Positions 1-9,469 are shown, counted from the stretch's first letter. The stretch: DNA of 32,000 bases from Halalkalibacterium halodurans (GCF_004376175.1 NZ_SNUY01000003.1:82224-114223); one strand, 5' to 3'. The notes: generated by a model from the sequence alone, not told the origin. Program-made: numbers and translations.

Positions 1-331
1 CTAATTTTGTGAGCATTCTTGAATAAGATGCTTCAGATGGAATCGCATCAGAAAGAAGGAATCCACAATCTAAACGGAACATGTAGTCATTCTTTAAACG
101 TTTAATAAGATCTTTAATCGTAGGAATTCGTTCAAGAATTCTAGCTGTAAGTGAGTAAATCATCGCTGCGTAGTTTAGCTGAACAGGAGCACCATAAAGG
201 GTTTTTTTCGATACAACAGCTAGAATCGGATCAACCTCAATTGTCGAAAATACCGCTTCAAAACGGTGGGTAGGTTCTAACTCATATAAATCTTGCAGGG
301 CAAATAGGCTTCCTTGTCGTATAATAGTCAT
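1..331 (-). mobile_element. 5' part of an IS4/IS5-superfamily DDE transposase gene; the IS element continues beyond the left window edge
   Basis: It is absent from the ORF track because it runs off the window. The reverse complement from ATG at 331 reads MTIIRQGSLFALQDLYELEPTHRFEAVFSTIEVDPILAVVSKKTLYGAPVQLNYAAMIYSLTARILERIPTIKDLIKRLKNDYMFRLDCGFLLSDAIPSEASYSRMLTKL with no stop. The SD GGAGGAAG (340-347, minus) lies 8 nt upstream. The pattern G.P..L.Y..M...L..RI..I..L...L..D..FR..CGF.....PS...YSR is typical of the DUF772/InsH-type N-terminal domain of these transposases. The IS terminus must lie between about 350 and 470, but I cannot place it. Confidence 0.7.
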
Positions 332-534
332 AAGGGAGTCTTCCTCCAGTCGTTAGTTTTGTGTGGTAACTTACTAATTCGACTTTTGGGGAGGTACTCC
401 TTTTTTCGTGTCTTAAAAGCCTTACGAGACTAAGGGTTCAAATTATGAAATTTACTCAAAGGAATAAAAGTTTGTCAAAACGATGGCAAGTAAGCTAACA
501 TGGAACGTGTATGAACAGTGAGGTGATTAAAAAC

Positions 535-879
535 GTGTCACAGAAAACGATGCGCCAGATGCAGCAAGAAGTCGATGCTTACATAAGCCAGTTTAAAGAA
601 GGATATTTTAGTCCGCTTGCCATGCTTGCCAGGCTGAGCGAAGAGGTCGGCGAACTAAGCCGAGAAGTGAACCATTTCTATGGCGAGAAGCCGAAGAAAG
701 ACTCCGAAGAAGAACGAACGATGGAGCAAGAGATGGGGGACATTTTGTTTGTACTCATTTGTTTTGCCAACTCATTAGAGATCGATTTAGAAGAAGCATT
801 CACGTTAGTAATGAATAAATTTCATACACGCGATAAAGACCGTTGGACGAGAATTGAAGGAGATGAGGAACATGATTAA
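535..879 (+). CDS. ypjD: MazG-like nucleotide pyrophosphohydrolase (YpjD family)
   Basis: The ORF is 511..879. The protein (...[52 protein letters not shown]...TRDKDRWTR) closely matches remembered B. subtilis YpjD. A GTG at 535 preceded by AGGTGA (521-526) gives the homologous N-terminus VSQKTM. ATG 511 is the alternative start. Confidence 0.9.
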   Translation: MSQKTMRQMQQEVDAYISQFKEGYFSPLAMLARLSEEVGELSREVNHFYGEKPKKDSEEERTMEQEMGDILFVLICFANSLEIDLEEAFTLVMNKFHTRDKDRWTRIEGDEEHD

Positions 880-1666
880 AGTAGCGGTTGCTGGACCGAG
901 AGGAAAAATGGGGCGAGAGGCCGTTAAAATGATTCATGAAGCGGACACGTTGGAGCTCGTCGCTGTCGTTGACTCCAAACACGATGGGATGTTAGTTCGA
1001 CAGCTAGATGGGCTTCCACCAAGTGACGCACCCGTCTACAATGAGCTGGAGCGATGCTTAACATCACAAACAATAGATGTCCTTGTCGATTTGACAACAC
1101 CTGCGCACGGAAAGCGTCATATGGAGATCGCGCTCGATCACGGCGTTCGTCCAGTTGTCGGAACGACTGGCTTTACCGATGAAGACATAACGAATTTGCG
1201 AAAAAAAGCAGAAGAAAAAGGAATCGGAGCGATCATCGCCCCTAACTTTGCAATAGGAGCGATTTTAATGATGAAGTTTGCCCAAACGGCAGCAAAATAT
1301 TTACCAGATGTTGAGATTATCGAAATGCACCACGATCGTAAGCTAGACGCGCCATCAGGAACGGCCCTTAAAACCGCTCAGCTGATTAGTGAAGTGCGCA
1401 AAGCGAAGCAGCAAGGGCACCCTGACGAAACAGAAGAGCTTAAAGGAGCACGCGGTGCAGACTTTGAAGGGATGTCCATCCACAGTGTTCGTTTGCCTGG
1501 CTTGGTTGCCCACCAAGAAGTTTTATTTGGTGGGGTTGGTCAAACGTTAAAAATCCGTCACGATTCGATGAACCGAGAGTCGTTTATGCCAGGCGTGAAG
1601 CTTTCAATTGAGACGGTTATGGGAATTGATACGTTGGTTTATGGCCTTGAAAATATTATCGAGTAG
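872..1666 (+). CDS. dapB: 4-hydroxy-tetrahydrodipicolinate reductase
   Basis: [16 protein letters not shown] is a Rossmann N-terminus, and E(M)HHxxKxDAPSGTA is the DapB signature. ATG 872 follows GGAG/GAGGA and overlaps the ypjD stop (ATGATTAA). The track ORF starts at 854. Confidence 0.95.
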   Translation: MIKVAVAGPRGKMGREAVKMIHEADTLELVAVVDSKHDGMLVRQLDGLPPSDAPVYNELERCLTSQTIDVLVDLTTPAHGKRHMEIALDHGVRPVVGTTGFTDEDITNLRKKAEEKGIGAIIAPNFAIGAILMMKFAQTAAKYLPDVEIIEMHHDRKLDAPSGTALKTAQLISEVRKAKQQGHPDETEELKGARGADFEGMSIHSVRLPGLVAHQEVLFGGVGQTLKIRHDSMNRESFMPGVKLSIETVMGIDTLVYGLENIIE

Positions 1667-1675
1667 GTGAAGAAT

Positions 1676-2092
1676 ATGAGAATCGCCCTAATTGCCCACG
1701 ATAAGAAAAAAGATGAAATGGTTCAATTTACGATTGCCTATAAAGACGTATTAAAAGATCACGAACTGTATGCTACAGGTACGACAGGTATGAAAATCAT
1801 GGAAGCCACACAATTACCGGTGAAACGATTCAAATCAGGACCGTTAGGAGGCGACCAGCAAATTGGTGCCCTTGTAGCAGAAAATAAATTTGACCTTATT
1901 ATCTTTTTACGCGATCCTTTAACTGCCCAGCCACATGAACCGGATGTGACCGCCCTTGTTCGCCTATGTGACGTACAACGAGTCCCTCTTGCGACGAATA
2001 TAGGGACGGCCGAGATCTTAATAAAAGGGCTAGCCCGGGGTGATTTTACATGGCGTGAACTTGTCCATGATGAGGAGGAGCCACGTGTCTAA
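1676..2092 (+). CDS. mgsA: methylglyoxal synthase
   Basis: [18 protein letters not shown]...GTTG...[15 protein letters not shown]...[15 protein letters not shown] is near-identical in pattern to B. subtilis MgsA. The track ORF begins 9 nt upstream, at GTG 1667. Confidence 0.95.
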   Translation: MRIALIAHDKKKDEMVQFTIAYKDVLKDHELYATGTTGMKIMEATQLPVKRFKSGPLGGDQQIGALVAENKFDLIIFLRDPLTAQPHEPDVTALVRLCDVQRVPLATNIGTAEILIKGLARGDFTWRELVHDEEEPRV

Positions 2093-2780
2093 ACTGGATA
2101 TCCTTGCATTTGGCGCGCACCCAGATGATGTAGAAATCGGGATGGGCGCTACCCTATACCACTATAGGCAAAAGGGACATCGAGTGGGGATCTGCAATTT
2201 GACGAAGGCTGAGCTCTCTTCAAATGGGACCGTTGAACAGCGGCAAAAGGAGGCAGCCGATGCGAGCAGAATTCTTGGCATTGATGAGCGAATTCAACTC
2301 GATTTACCGGATCGAGGACTTCGTAATCCGTCCGAACAACAAGTGCGAAACATTGTAAGCGTCATTAGACACTATCAGCCGACGTTCGTGTTCGTTCCTT
2401 ATCCAGTTGATCGCCATCCTGATCATGGGCATTGCGCTGAGCTCGTAAAGGAAGCTGTGTTTAATGCCCGGATTCGCAACTATAAGGCGGAAGGTGGAGC
2501 TCACCACGTACAAGATTTGTTCTATTATATGATCAATAGCTTCGAACGGCCGGATTTGCTCGTGGATGTGAGTCACTGTTATGAAGTAAAGCAAGCGGCA
2601 CTTAACGCATATAAAAGTCAATTTACAAAATCGAAAGCAAGTGTAGATACGCCGCTAACGAACGGCTATCTAGAGGCAGTAGAAGCACGTGAACGCTTAT
2701 ATGGCAAGGAAGCTGGTGCTATGTATGCTGAAGGGTTCAAGCTCGACAAGCCTTTTGTCGTTCCATCATTTTTTAGATAG
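2085..2780 (+). CDS. bshB1: N-acetyl-alpha-D-glucosaminyl L-malate deacetylase (bacillithiol biosynthesis, LmbE/PIG-L family)
   Basis: It has the LmbE motif (V)[18 protein letters not shown] and a later HPDH. GTG 2085 follows GAGGAGGAG (2072-2080) and overlaps the mgsA stop by 8 nt. Its position between mgsA and bshA is as in B. subtilis. The track ORF starts at 2040, inside mgsA. Confidence 0.9.
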   Translation: MSKLDILAFGAHPDDVEIGMGATLYHYRQKGHRVGICNLTKAELSSNGTVEQRQKEAADASRILGIDERIQLDLPDRGLRNPSEQQVRNIVSVIRHYQPTFVFVPYPVDRHPDHGHCAELVKEAVFNARIRNYKAEGGAHHVQDLFYYMINSFERPDLLVDVSHCYEVKQAALNAYKSQFTKSKASVDTPLTNGYLEAVEARERLYGKEAGAMYAEGFKLDKPFVVPSFFR

Positions 2781-2789
2781 GAGAGGACG

Positions 2790-3917
2790 ATGAAACGAAA
2801 AATTGGAATTAGTTGTTATCCTACAGTAGGTGGGTCAGGTGTTGTGGCGACAGAGCTTGGAAAGCTGTTAGCGGAAAAAGGGCATGAAGTCCACTTCATC
2901 ACGTCAAGCGTTCCATTTCGCCTTGAGCCAGTCAATCCAAATATTTATTTTCATGAAGTAGAAGTGAACCAATACTCAGTGTTTAAATACCCGCCCTATG
3001 ACCTGACACTATCGAGTAAAATGGCTGAAGTGGCGAAGAGACAAGAGCTGGATCTTCTCCATGTTCATTACGCTGTACCGCACGCCATTTGTGCCATTTT
3101 AGCAAAACAAATGGTCGGGGATTCGCTTAAGGTTGTCACGACATTACATGGAACGGACATAACCGTACTAGGGTATGATCCTGCATTAGCGGAAATTATT
3201 AAATTTGGAATTGAAAAGTCAGATTTGGTGACAGCGGTATCTGATGATCTTGTGAAGCAAACCAAAACGCTACTACATACCGAGAAACCGATCGAAACCG
3301 TTTATAATTTTGTCGATCCACGAGAGTATTATCGTAAGGATGTTTCAGAATTAAAAGCAACATACGGAATTGGCGAAGACGAAAAGGTGGTCGTTCATGT
3401 ATCGAATTTCCGGCGTGTCAAAAGGGTCCCCGACATTATTCGCTGCTTCAGAATCATCCGTGAGCACGTGAAAGCGAAATTGCTATTAATTGGAGACGGA
3501 CCTGACGCTACATTAGCCTGTCATTTAATTAAAGAGTTAGACTTAAAGGATGACGTGCTCATGCTCGGTAACCAGAAGCATATTCCTGAGTTGATGTCCC
3601 TTAGCGATGTCATGCTGCTCTTAAGTGAAAAAGAAAGCTTCGGACTAGTTGCGTTGGAAGCAATGGCTTGCGGGGTTCCCGTGATCGGAGCCAACATAGG
3701 TGGTATCCCGGAAGTGATTGTAGATGAAGAAACAGGGTATATTTGTGAAATCGGTGATATTCAAGGAGTCGCTCAGAAAGCCATTGAGCTATTAACGAAT
3801 AAACGAAGACATGAGATGTTTGCTGAGGCAAGCATCAACAGGGCTGCGACTGTTTTTTCGTCTGAGCAAATTGTGCGGCAATATGAAGATTTATACGAGC
3901 AGCTTTTATCCGAATAA
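2790..3917 (+). CDS. bshA: N-acetyl-alpha-D-glucosaminyl L-malate synthase (GT4 glycosyltransferase, bacillithiol biosynthesis)
   Basis: The N-terminus [34 protein letters not shown] and the C-terminal E(x7)E-type GT4 motif ([22 protein letters not shown]) are present. The SD is GGAGAGGA. Synteny is conserved. Confidence 0.93.
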   Translation: MKRKIGISCYPTVGGSGVVATELGKLLAEKGHEVHFITSSVPFRLEPVNPNIYFHEVEVNQYSVFKYPPYDLTLSSKMAEVAKRQELDLLHVHYAVPHAICAILAKQMVGDSLKVVTTLHGTDITVLGYDPALAEIIKFGIEKSDLVTAVSDDLVKQTKTLLHTEKPIETVYNFVDPREYYRKDVSELKATYGIGEDEKVVVHVSNFRRVKRVPDIIRCFRIIREHVKAKLLLIGDGPDATLACHLIKELDLKDDVLMLGNQKHIPELMSLSDVMLLLSEKESFGLVALEAMACGVPVIGANIGGIPEVIVDEETGYICEIGDIQGVAQKAIELLTNKRRHEMFAEASINRAATVFSSEQIVRQYEDLYEQLLSE

Positions 3918-3947
3918 TAATCGGTGTGATGGAGAGCAGGTGGAGCA

Positions 3948-5075
3948 ATGGATGACGTGATCAAAAAAGGGTTAAGCATCGTATCTGAATTAAGGGACCA
4001 TGGGTTTGAGGCCTATATCGTAGGTGGAGCTGTTCGGGATTATCACATCGGCAGAAAACCGAAAGATGTAGATGTGGTCACAAGCGCGTCACCGGATGAA
4101 ATTCGCACCCTGTACCCACATGCTTTTCAAATCAACCGTCAGTTTCAAACGCTTACCGTTCACCTGCAAAAAGTAGCGATTGAAGTTTCGACGTTACGTG
4201 GTGGAAGCATTGAAGATGATTTATGCTCGCGTGACTTTACGATCAATGCGATGGCCTTAGCAATGAATGGCGACATCATCGACCCTACAGGAGGGAAAAC
4301 GGATCTGGAGAACGGGGTAATCCGTTCCTTCCATCCGGAGGCGCGTTTTAAAGAAGATCCATTACGTATGCTTCGTGCGCCCCGTTTTGCCAGCGAGCTT
4401 GGGTTTACGGTTGCGAAAGGAACAGCTGAAGCGATCAAGGGATCTTGTTCATTACTGGCGGATGTGGCGGTTGAACGTGTAGAGAAAGAGTTAACGCAAC
4501 TGATGATCGGAACACACCGTTCGAGCGGGTGGTGCCTTTTACATGAGACAGGGCTTTATCCTTTTATTCCAGGTGTTTCTCTTTCAAAGGAAACGGTTTT
4601 AAGAATGAAGGAGATCTCAAGAAGCCCAGGCCTCCTTCCTGCCGACGGATTCTGGGCGATTCTTTACCTGTTAGAAAATCGCAGCATGAAGCTCCCGCTA
4701 GCAAAAGAGAAGAAAAAACGGATCAGAACGATCGTCCACTATGTTGGCGAGCGCCAGAACCATTCATGGAACGAGACCATGCTTTATCAAGCGTCCTTGT
4801 CTGTTGCCACCGTTGTTGAACAAATTAGAGCACTATTTGGACAAGCCTCTGTACATGAAGAGGAGTTGCGGCAATTGTGGTCATCACTTCCGATCCAAAC
4901 ACGGACAGAATTGGCTGTGACCGGTCGAGATGTAATGGCTCATTTTCAAAAAAAGGGAGGGCCATGGCTAGCAGACACTTTGGCAGACATTGAGGAAGCG
5001 GTTTTACTTAAACATATAGAAAATGAGAAGAAGTCCATTATCCAATGGCTTGAAGAACGGAGGGTGGAGTCGTGA
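3948..5075 (+). CDS. cca: CCA-adding tRNA nucleotidyltransferase
   Basis: It has the class II nucleotidyltransferase head motif IVGGAVRD...DVD and later RDFTINA. The SD is GGTGGAG. Position between bshA and birA fits. Confidence 0.92.
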   Translation: MDDVIKKGLSIVSELRDHGFEAYIVGGAVRDYHIGRKPKDVDVVTSASPDEIRTLYPHAFQINRQFQTLTVHLQKVAIEVSTLRGGSIEDDLCSRDFTINAMALAMNGDIIDPTGGKTDLENGVIRSFHPEARFKEDPLRMLRAPRFASELGFTVAKGTAEAIKGSCSLLADVAVERVEKELTQLMIGTHRSSGWCLLHETGLYPFIPGVSLSKETVLRMKEISRSPGLLPADGFWAILYLLENRSMKLPLAKEKKKRIRTIVHYVGERQNHSWNETMLYQASLSVATVVEQIRALFGQASVHEEELRQLWSSLPIQTRTELAVTGRDVMAHFQKKGGPWLADTLADIEEAVLLKHIENEKKSIIQWLEERRVES

Positions 5076-6043
5076 AAGAAACGTTGTTAAAAATGTTGCT
5101 TACGGCTGGAGATGACTTTGTTTCAGGCGAAAAAATAAGCCAAGCGATTGGTTGCTCACGTACGGCTGTATGGAAGCACATTGAGGAGTTAAGAAAAAGC
5201 GGTTATGAAGTGGAAGCCGTTCAACGGAAAGGATACCGTATTGTCAAACGTCCAGATCAAATTAAGCCACACGACATTCAAGTTGTGCTGGAAACGGAAC
5301 GGTTCGGGCGGGAGATTACGTACCTTGAATCAACAGCATCAACGCAAACGGTCGCTCTTAAGCTCGCTCAAGAAGGAGCAAAGGAAGGTCATATTGTTCT
5401 CGCAAATGAGCAAACGTCAGGAAAAGGCCGAATGGGAAGAGGATGGTACTCACCACCAGGTTCAAGCATTTCCATGAGCATCATTTTCCGCCCGCAACTG
5501 CCGCCGCAAAAAGCACCGCAATTAACGTTGCTAACAGCCGTGGCGATCGTGAGGGCGATCAAGGAAACGACAGGGTTAGATTCCGACATTAAATGGCCGA
5601 ATGACCTTTTAATCGATGGAAAGAAAATCGTCGGAATCTTAACCGAGATGCAAGCGGATCAAGACTCTGTTCATTCGGTCATTCAAGGGATTGGGATTAA
5701 CGTAAACCATCAGGAAGAAGCGTTTGCAGAAGAAATCCGCAAAATCGCCACTTCCCTTGCGATAAAAAAAGGGGAACCGATTCAACGTGCTCCACTCATC
5801 GCAGCTATTTTAAAAAACATTGAGCTGTTTTACGACCTTTATCTCCAACACGGCTTTTCCCGAATTAAACCTTTATGGGAAGCTCATGCCATTAGCATCG
5901 GTAAGCGAATTCGTGCAAGAATGCTAAACGACGTTAAATTTGGAGTCGCAAAAGGGATTACCGATGATGGTGTTCTTTTGCTAGAGGATGATGATGGAAA
6001 GCTTCATTCGATTTATTCTGCAGATATAGAAATTGACCAATAG
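5072..6043 (+). CDS. birA: bifunctional biotin-[acetyl-CoA-carboxylase] ligase / biotin operon repressor
   Basis: It has an N-terminal winged HTH (ISQAIGCSRTAVWKHIEELRKSGY), the biotin-ligase signature GKGRMGRGW and KWPND. The GTG start overlaps the cca stop (GTGA). Confidence 0.95.
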   Translation: MKETLLKMLLTAGDDFVSGEKISQAIGCSRTAVWKHIEELRKSGYEVEAVQRKGYRIVKRPDQIKPHDIQVVLETERFGREITYLESTASTQTVALKLAQEGAKEGHIVLANEQTSGKGRMGRGWYSPPGSSISMSIIFRPQLPPQKAPQLTLLTAVAIVRAIKETTGLDSDIKWPNDLLIDGKKIVGILTEMQADQDSVHSVIQGIGINVNHQEEAFAEEIRKIATSLAIKKGEPIQRAPLIAAILKNIELFYDLYLQHGFSRIKPLWEAHAISIGKRIRARMLNDVKFGVAKGITDDGVLLLEDDDGKLHSIYSADIEIDQ

Positions 6044-6062
6044 GGGATCTGGTCTTTATACT
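6033..6062 (+). promoter_or_regulatory. candidate sigma-A promoter for a panBCD leader transcript
   Basis: TTGACC (6033-6038), an 18-nt spacer, then TATACT (6057-6062). The -35 sits in the last codons of birA. It is predicted from sequence only. Confidence 0.45.
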
Positions 6063-6068
6063 GTTACT

Positions 6069-6168
6069 AGATGGGCGGTATCCAATTCGGAACGGCACCA
6101 TCTGACGAACGTTGTTTAAATTGGATGATTACAAATGAGCTGCCTTGATCCAAAAAGGACTAGGACAG
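6069..6168 (+). ncRNA. candidate cis-regulatory leader: two tandem hairpins, each with two bulged adenosines (pan-motif-like)
   Basis: Hairpin 1 (6069-6103) runs: AGATGG/CCATCT, bulged A6097, GC/GC, G.G mismatch, GT/AC, bulged A6080, TCC/GGA, loop AATTC. Hairpin 2 (6140-6168) runs: CTG/CAG, bulged A6165, CCT/AGG, T.T mismatch, G-C, bulged A6148, TCC/GGA, loop AAAAA. The two share one architecture and sit upstream of panB. I folded them by eye and ran no covariance model. Confidence 0.45.
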
Positions 6169-6227
6169 AGGGATGATTGAACAGAGTAAAGTTCTGCATA
6201 GCTGAACGCTTATTTACGTATGCATGC

Positions 6228-6264
6228 AAAACGTCCCCTTCCTAGCGAAGGAGGACGTTTTTTC
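6228..6264 (+). terminator. intrinsic terminator about 35 nt upstream of the panB start codon
   Basis: AAAACGTCCCCTTC-CTAGC-GAAGGAGGACGTTTTTT forms an 11-bp GC-rich stem with one bulged A, followed by T6. It lies 185 nt after the birA stop and immediately before the panB SD. Confidence 0.8.
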
Positions 6265-6302
6265 GTTCTTTCATCGACCTCTGAAAACATGAGGAGGGTG
6301 TT

Positions 6303-7142
6303 ATGAAGACGACAGCAAGCTTTAAAAAAATGAAACAACAAAAGGAAAAAATTGCGATGATGACTGCTTATGATGCACCATCGGCAAGGCTAGTAGAGGA
6401 CGCAGATGTTGACATGATTCTTGTAGGTGATTCGCTCGGAATGGTCGTGTTAGGTTACGATTCAACGATTCCGGTCACATTGGATGACATGATCCACCAT
6501 ACAAAGGCCGTAAAGCGGGGAGCGAAAAACACCTTCATCGTAACGGATATGCCGTACTTAACGTATCATGGCTCATTTAATGAAACGTTGGTAGGAGCAA
6601 AACGACTCATGCAGGAGGCTGGAGCTGATGCGCTTAAGCTTGAAGGAAATGGGGACATCATTGAAACGATTGAGCGTCTAACGTTAGCAGGTGTTCCGAT
6701 CGTGGCCCATTTAGGTCTAACCCCGCAAAACGTAGCAGTGGAAGGCGGCTACCGAGTTCAAGCAAAGGATGCGAAAAGCGCAAAGCAACTATTGGCCGAT
6801 GCAAAAGCAGTTGAGGCGGCTGGAGCGTTCGCCCTTGTGCTAGAGTGTGTGCCTGAGCAAGTCGCTACCCAAATTAGCGAAGAGTTAACGATCCCCGTTA
6901 TCGGAATCGGGGCAGGCGCAGGCTGTGATGGACAAGTGCTCGTCTACCATGATGTGATCGGGTATGGAGCAGGTCACGTGCCGAGCTTTGTCAAGCAATA
7001 TGTAAACATAACAAAGCCGATTGAAGAGGCCATGAAGCAATATGTTCAAGAGGTTAAGGCAGGGACATTTCCCGATAAAGATCACGCCTTTTCTCTTAAA
7101 GAGAATGTCATTCAGGAACTGTATGGAGGAGCACTCACATGA
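6303..7142 (+). CDS. panB: 3-methyl-2-oxobutanoate hydroxymethyltransferase
   Basis: KIAMMTAYD...[13 protein letters not shown]...VTDMP...LKLEGG-type motifs are typical of PanB. The SD is GAGGAGGG. Confidence 0.95.
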   Translation: MKTTASFKKMKQQKEKIAMMTAYDAPSARLVEDADVDMILVGDSLGMVVLGYDSTIPVTLDDMIHHTKAVKRGAKNTFIVTDMPYLTYHGSFNETLVGAKRLMQEAGADALKLEGNGDIIETIERLTLAGVPIVAHLGLTPQNVAVEGGYRVQAKDAKSAKQLLADAKAVEAAGAFALVLECVPEQVATQISEELTIPVIGIGAGAGCDGQVLVYHDVIGYGAGHVPSFVKQYVNITKPIEEAMKQYVQEVKAGTFPDKDHAFSLKENVIQELYGGALT

Positions 7143-7990
7143 TCGTATGTACAACGATCTCAGATTTACAAGCGCAGTTGCGAATAGAGCGAGAACAAAA
7201 GAGATCCGTTGGGTTCGTGCCAACGATGGGTTATTTACATGAAGGGCATTTATCCCTTGTCAAGCGAGCAAAAGAAGAACATGATACTGTCGTCATGAGC
7301 ATATTCGTCAACCCACTCCAATTTGGAGCAGGAGAGGATTTAGATACGTACCCTCGGGATTTTGCTCGAGATGAACAGCTAGCCGAAGCGGAAGGTGTGG
7401 ACATTTTATTTTACCCGTCTACAGACGAAATGTACCCGCGGCCTGCGTCGGTTCGTTTAAAGGTTACACAAGGGGTGGACGTCTTATGTGGAGCAAGTCG
7501 TCCCGGACATTTTGATGGTGTCGTCACGGTCGTGTTAAAATTGTTTCATTTAGTCGAACCAGATGCGGCCTACTTTGGATTGAAGGATGCGCAACAAGTA
7601 GCTGTTATTACAAATATGGTGGAAGATTTAAATGTAGGGGTGCAAATCGTCCCTTGTGCAACTGTCCGGGAAGTAGACGGTCTCGCGAAAAGTTCACGCA
7701 ATGTTCGCCTAAGTGAAAAAGAACGAAAAGAGGCACCTGGTCTTTATCAAAGCTTACTTGCCGGGAGAGAAGCGCTAGATGCAGGGGAGAAGGATGCGGC
7801 TGTGATTCGAGAGCGGATTCGCCAATCTTTAGAGGAGCGCTTAACAGGCAGGATCGACTATGTTGAGGTGTTAAGCTATCCTCGGTTACAAAAGATTGAG
7901 CGCATTGAAGAAACAGTCATCTTAGCAGTCGCGTACCAGTTTGAAAATGCACGGTTGATCGACAACTTGATTGTGCCTTATGGAGAGTAA
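7139..7990 (+). CDS. panC: pantoate--beta-alanine ligase
   Basis: [17 protein letters not shown] is the HIGH-type motif, and FGxKDxQQ is present. It overlaps the panB stop as ATGA. Confidence 0.95.
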   Translation: MIVCTTISDLQAQLRIEREQKRSVGFVPTMGYLHEGHLSLVKRAKEEHDTVVMSIFVNPLQFGAGEDLDTYPRDFARDEQLAEAEGVDILFYPSTDEMYPRPASVRLKVTQGVDVLCGASRPGHFDGVVTVVLKLFHLVEPDAAYFGLKDAQQVAVITNMVEDLNVGVQIVPCATVREVDGLAKSSRNVRLSEKERKEAPGLYQSLLAGREALDAGEKDAAVIRERIRQSLEERLTGRIDYVEVLSYPRLQKIERIEETVILAVAYQFENARLIDNLIVPYGE

Positions 7991-8004
7991 AGGGAGGATT
8001 ATTC

Positions 8005-8388
8005 ATGTTTCGTACAATGATGAAAGCGAAGCTTCACAGAGCCAGGGTGACAGAATCAAACTTAAACTACGTTGGCAGCATTACGATCGATGAAGATATT
8101 ATGGATGCTGTGGACATAGTTGAAAACGAAAAAGTTCAAATTGTGAACAATAACAATGGCGCTAGATTTGAGACATATGTCATAAAAGGACCACGGGGAA
8201 GCGGTGTATTTTGCTTAAATGGGGCAGCGGCAAGGCTCGTACAAGAAGGTGATGTAATTATTGTCATTTCTTATGCTCTCGTGGCTGAAGAGAACGTGAA
8301 GGAGCACCAGCCAAAAGTGGCAGTTCTGAATGAATCAAACCAAATCGTTGAAATGCTTGGTACAGAGCCAGCTTCTACCGTATTATAA
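8005..8388 (+). CDS. panD: aspartate 1-decarboxylase proenzyme
   Basis: [33 protein letters not shown] contains the G-S self-cleavage site in the context YVGSIT. The length of 127 aa fits. Confidence 0.95.
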   Translation: MFRTMMKAKLHRARVTESNLNYVGSITIDEDIMDAVDIVENEKVQIVNNNNGARFETYVIKGPRGSGVFCLNGAAARLVQEGDVIIVISYALVAEENVKEHQPKVAVLNESNQIVEMLGTEPASTVL

Positions 8389-8396
8389 ACCGAATA

Positions 8397-8440
8397 CTCT
8401 CTCCCTGAACGTCAAACACTGAAAGTAAAAAAGGGGAGAG
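8397..8440 (+). promoter_or_regulatory. hairpin pairing the SD of the downstream TPR gene (possible translational control)
   Basis: CTCTCTCCCT (8397-8406) pairs with AGGGGAGAG (8432-8440) in 9 bp with one bulged T. The right arm is the SD for ATG 8445. There is no T-tract, so it is not a terminator. Confidence 0.35.
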
Positions 8441-8444
8441 GACT

Positions 8445-9461
8445 ATGGGTTCGTCATCTCGTCAGGGGTGGCGTTCCGTTTTTAAGGATGTCACACAAAA
8501 ATGGGACGTCATGACCGTCGAAGAACAAGAAAAAGAACTATCCTTGTTAGAGGAGTGGACCGAGCGGGTGTTAGAGGAGTGGAGCGACATGCACGAAGCA
8601 TGCATGACCCTTCGTGAGCGACAGCAGCAGTCATCCGTATTGGAAAAGTATCCACCTTACGTTTCAAAAGGAACCGCCCTTTATGATCTAGAAATGTTTC
8701 AGGAAGCCGCTATGCAATTTGACCGTGAATTGAAAATGCAACCTCACATGCACCACCCGCTCCTTCACTTGTATGCCATTTTCGCTAATCTCTATGGAGG
8801 TCAGAGGGAGCGATGTAAGGAACATTGTGTCTATGTGTTAACAACATCTGTTGACCGTCTCGTCCGTTATTTTACTTATATGGCACTCGGTACGTTATAC
8901 ATGCAGGAAGGTGAAGTGGAAGAAGCGCTTACTTCATATGAGCACGCTTCAAAGCTAACATTTCATCCTGATGTCATGTATAATTTAGGCATGGCGTATT
9001 TTCTTCAGCATCAATATGCACTCGCCATTCCTTGCTTTGTGGAAGTGATTAAGGATGGGGAAGAAGATGTGGATGCCCTTTATTTTTTAGGCTGTGCCCT
9101 TTGTGAAAGTGGCTATGTAGAAGAGGGGTGTGCAAAATGGCTTGAAGCCATTCAACTTTGTCCCCCTGAGAAATTTTTGCTGACAATCGGCACGAAGCTT
9201 GAATGGTACGGCTTTCATCAGGCTGCTGTTCATTGTTTTGAACAATTGCTGCAATCTCGCCAGCTTCGCCATTTAGCGAAGCACGGAATCGCTTGGAATC
9301 TTGCTCTTCAGGATGAACGGGAAAAGGCGATTCACATGTTGAAGGAACTCATAGCGGTTCCCCAAATTAGAGAAGATGTTCGCCTATCGATCGAGTTCCT
9401 CGCCCATTGTTGGAATGATGGGAACTTAAGGCAGCTTGCAGCAAGTATAGAAAGAGGTTAG
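8445..9461 (+). CDS. tetratricopeptide-repeat (TPR) protein of unknown function
   Basis: The ORF is 338 aa with SD AAGGGGAGAGG. Repeated TPR-like A/Y/L-spaced helices are present (GTALYDLEMFQEAAMQFDRELK; ALGTLYMQEGEVEEALTSYEHASK; YNLGMAYFLQHQYALAIPCFVEVIK; YFLGCALCESGYVEEGCAKWLEAIQ). There is no terminator on either side. I recall no equivalent gene at this position in B. subtilis 168. Confidence 0.7.
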   Translation: MGSSSRQGWRSVFKDVTQKWDVMTVEEQEKELSLLEEWTERVLEEWSDMHEACMTLRERQQQSSVLEKYPPYVSKGTALYDLEMFQEAAMQFDRELKMQPHMHHPLLHLYAIFANLYGGQRERCKEHCVYVLTTSVDRLVRYFTYMALGTLYMQEGEVEEALTSYEHASKLTFHPDVMYNLGMAYFLQHQYALAIPCFVEVIKDGEEDVDALYFLGCALCESGYVEEGCAKWLEAIQLCPPEKFLLTIGTKLEWYGFHQAAVHCFEQLLQSRQLRHLAKHGIAWNLALQDEREKAIHMLKELIAVPQIREDVRLSIEFLAHCWNDGNLRQLAASIERG

Positions 9462-9469
9462 AGAGAAAA

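Noticed and set aside
385-408. GGAG-GTA-CTCC hairpin followed by T6, considered as a terminator
   Set aside because: The stem is only 4 bp. It is more likely part of the IS terminal region or transposase 5' UTR than a functional terminator.
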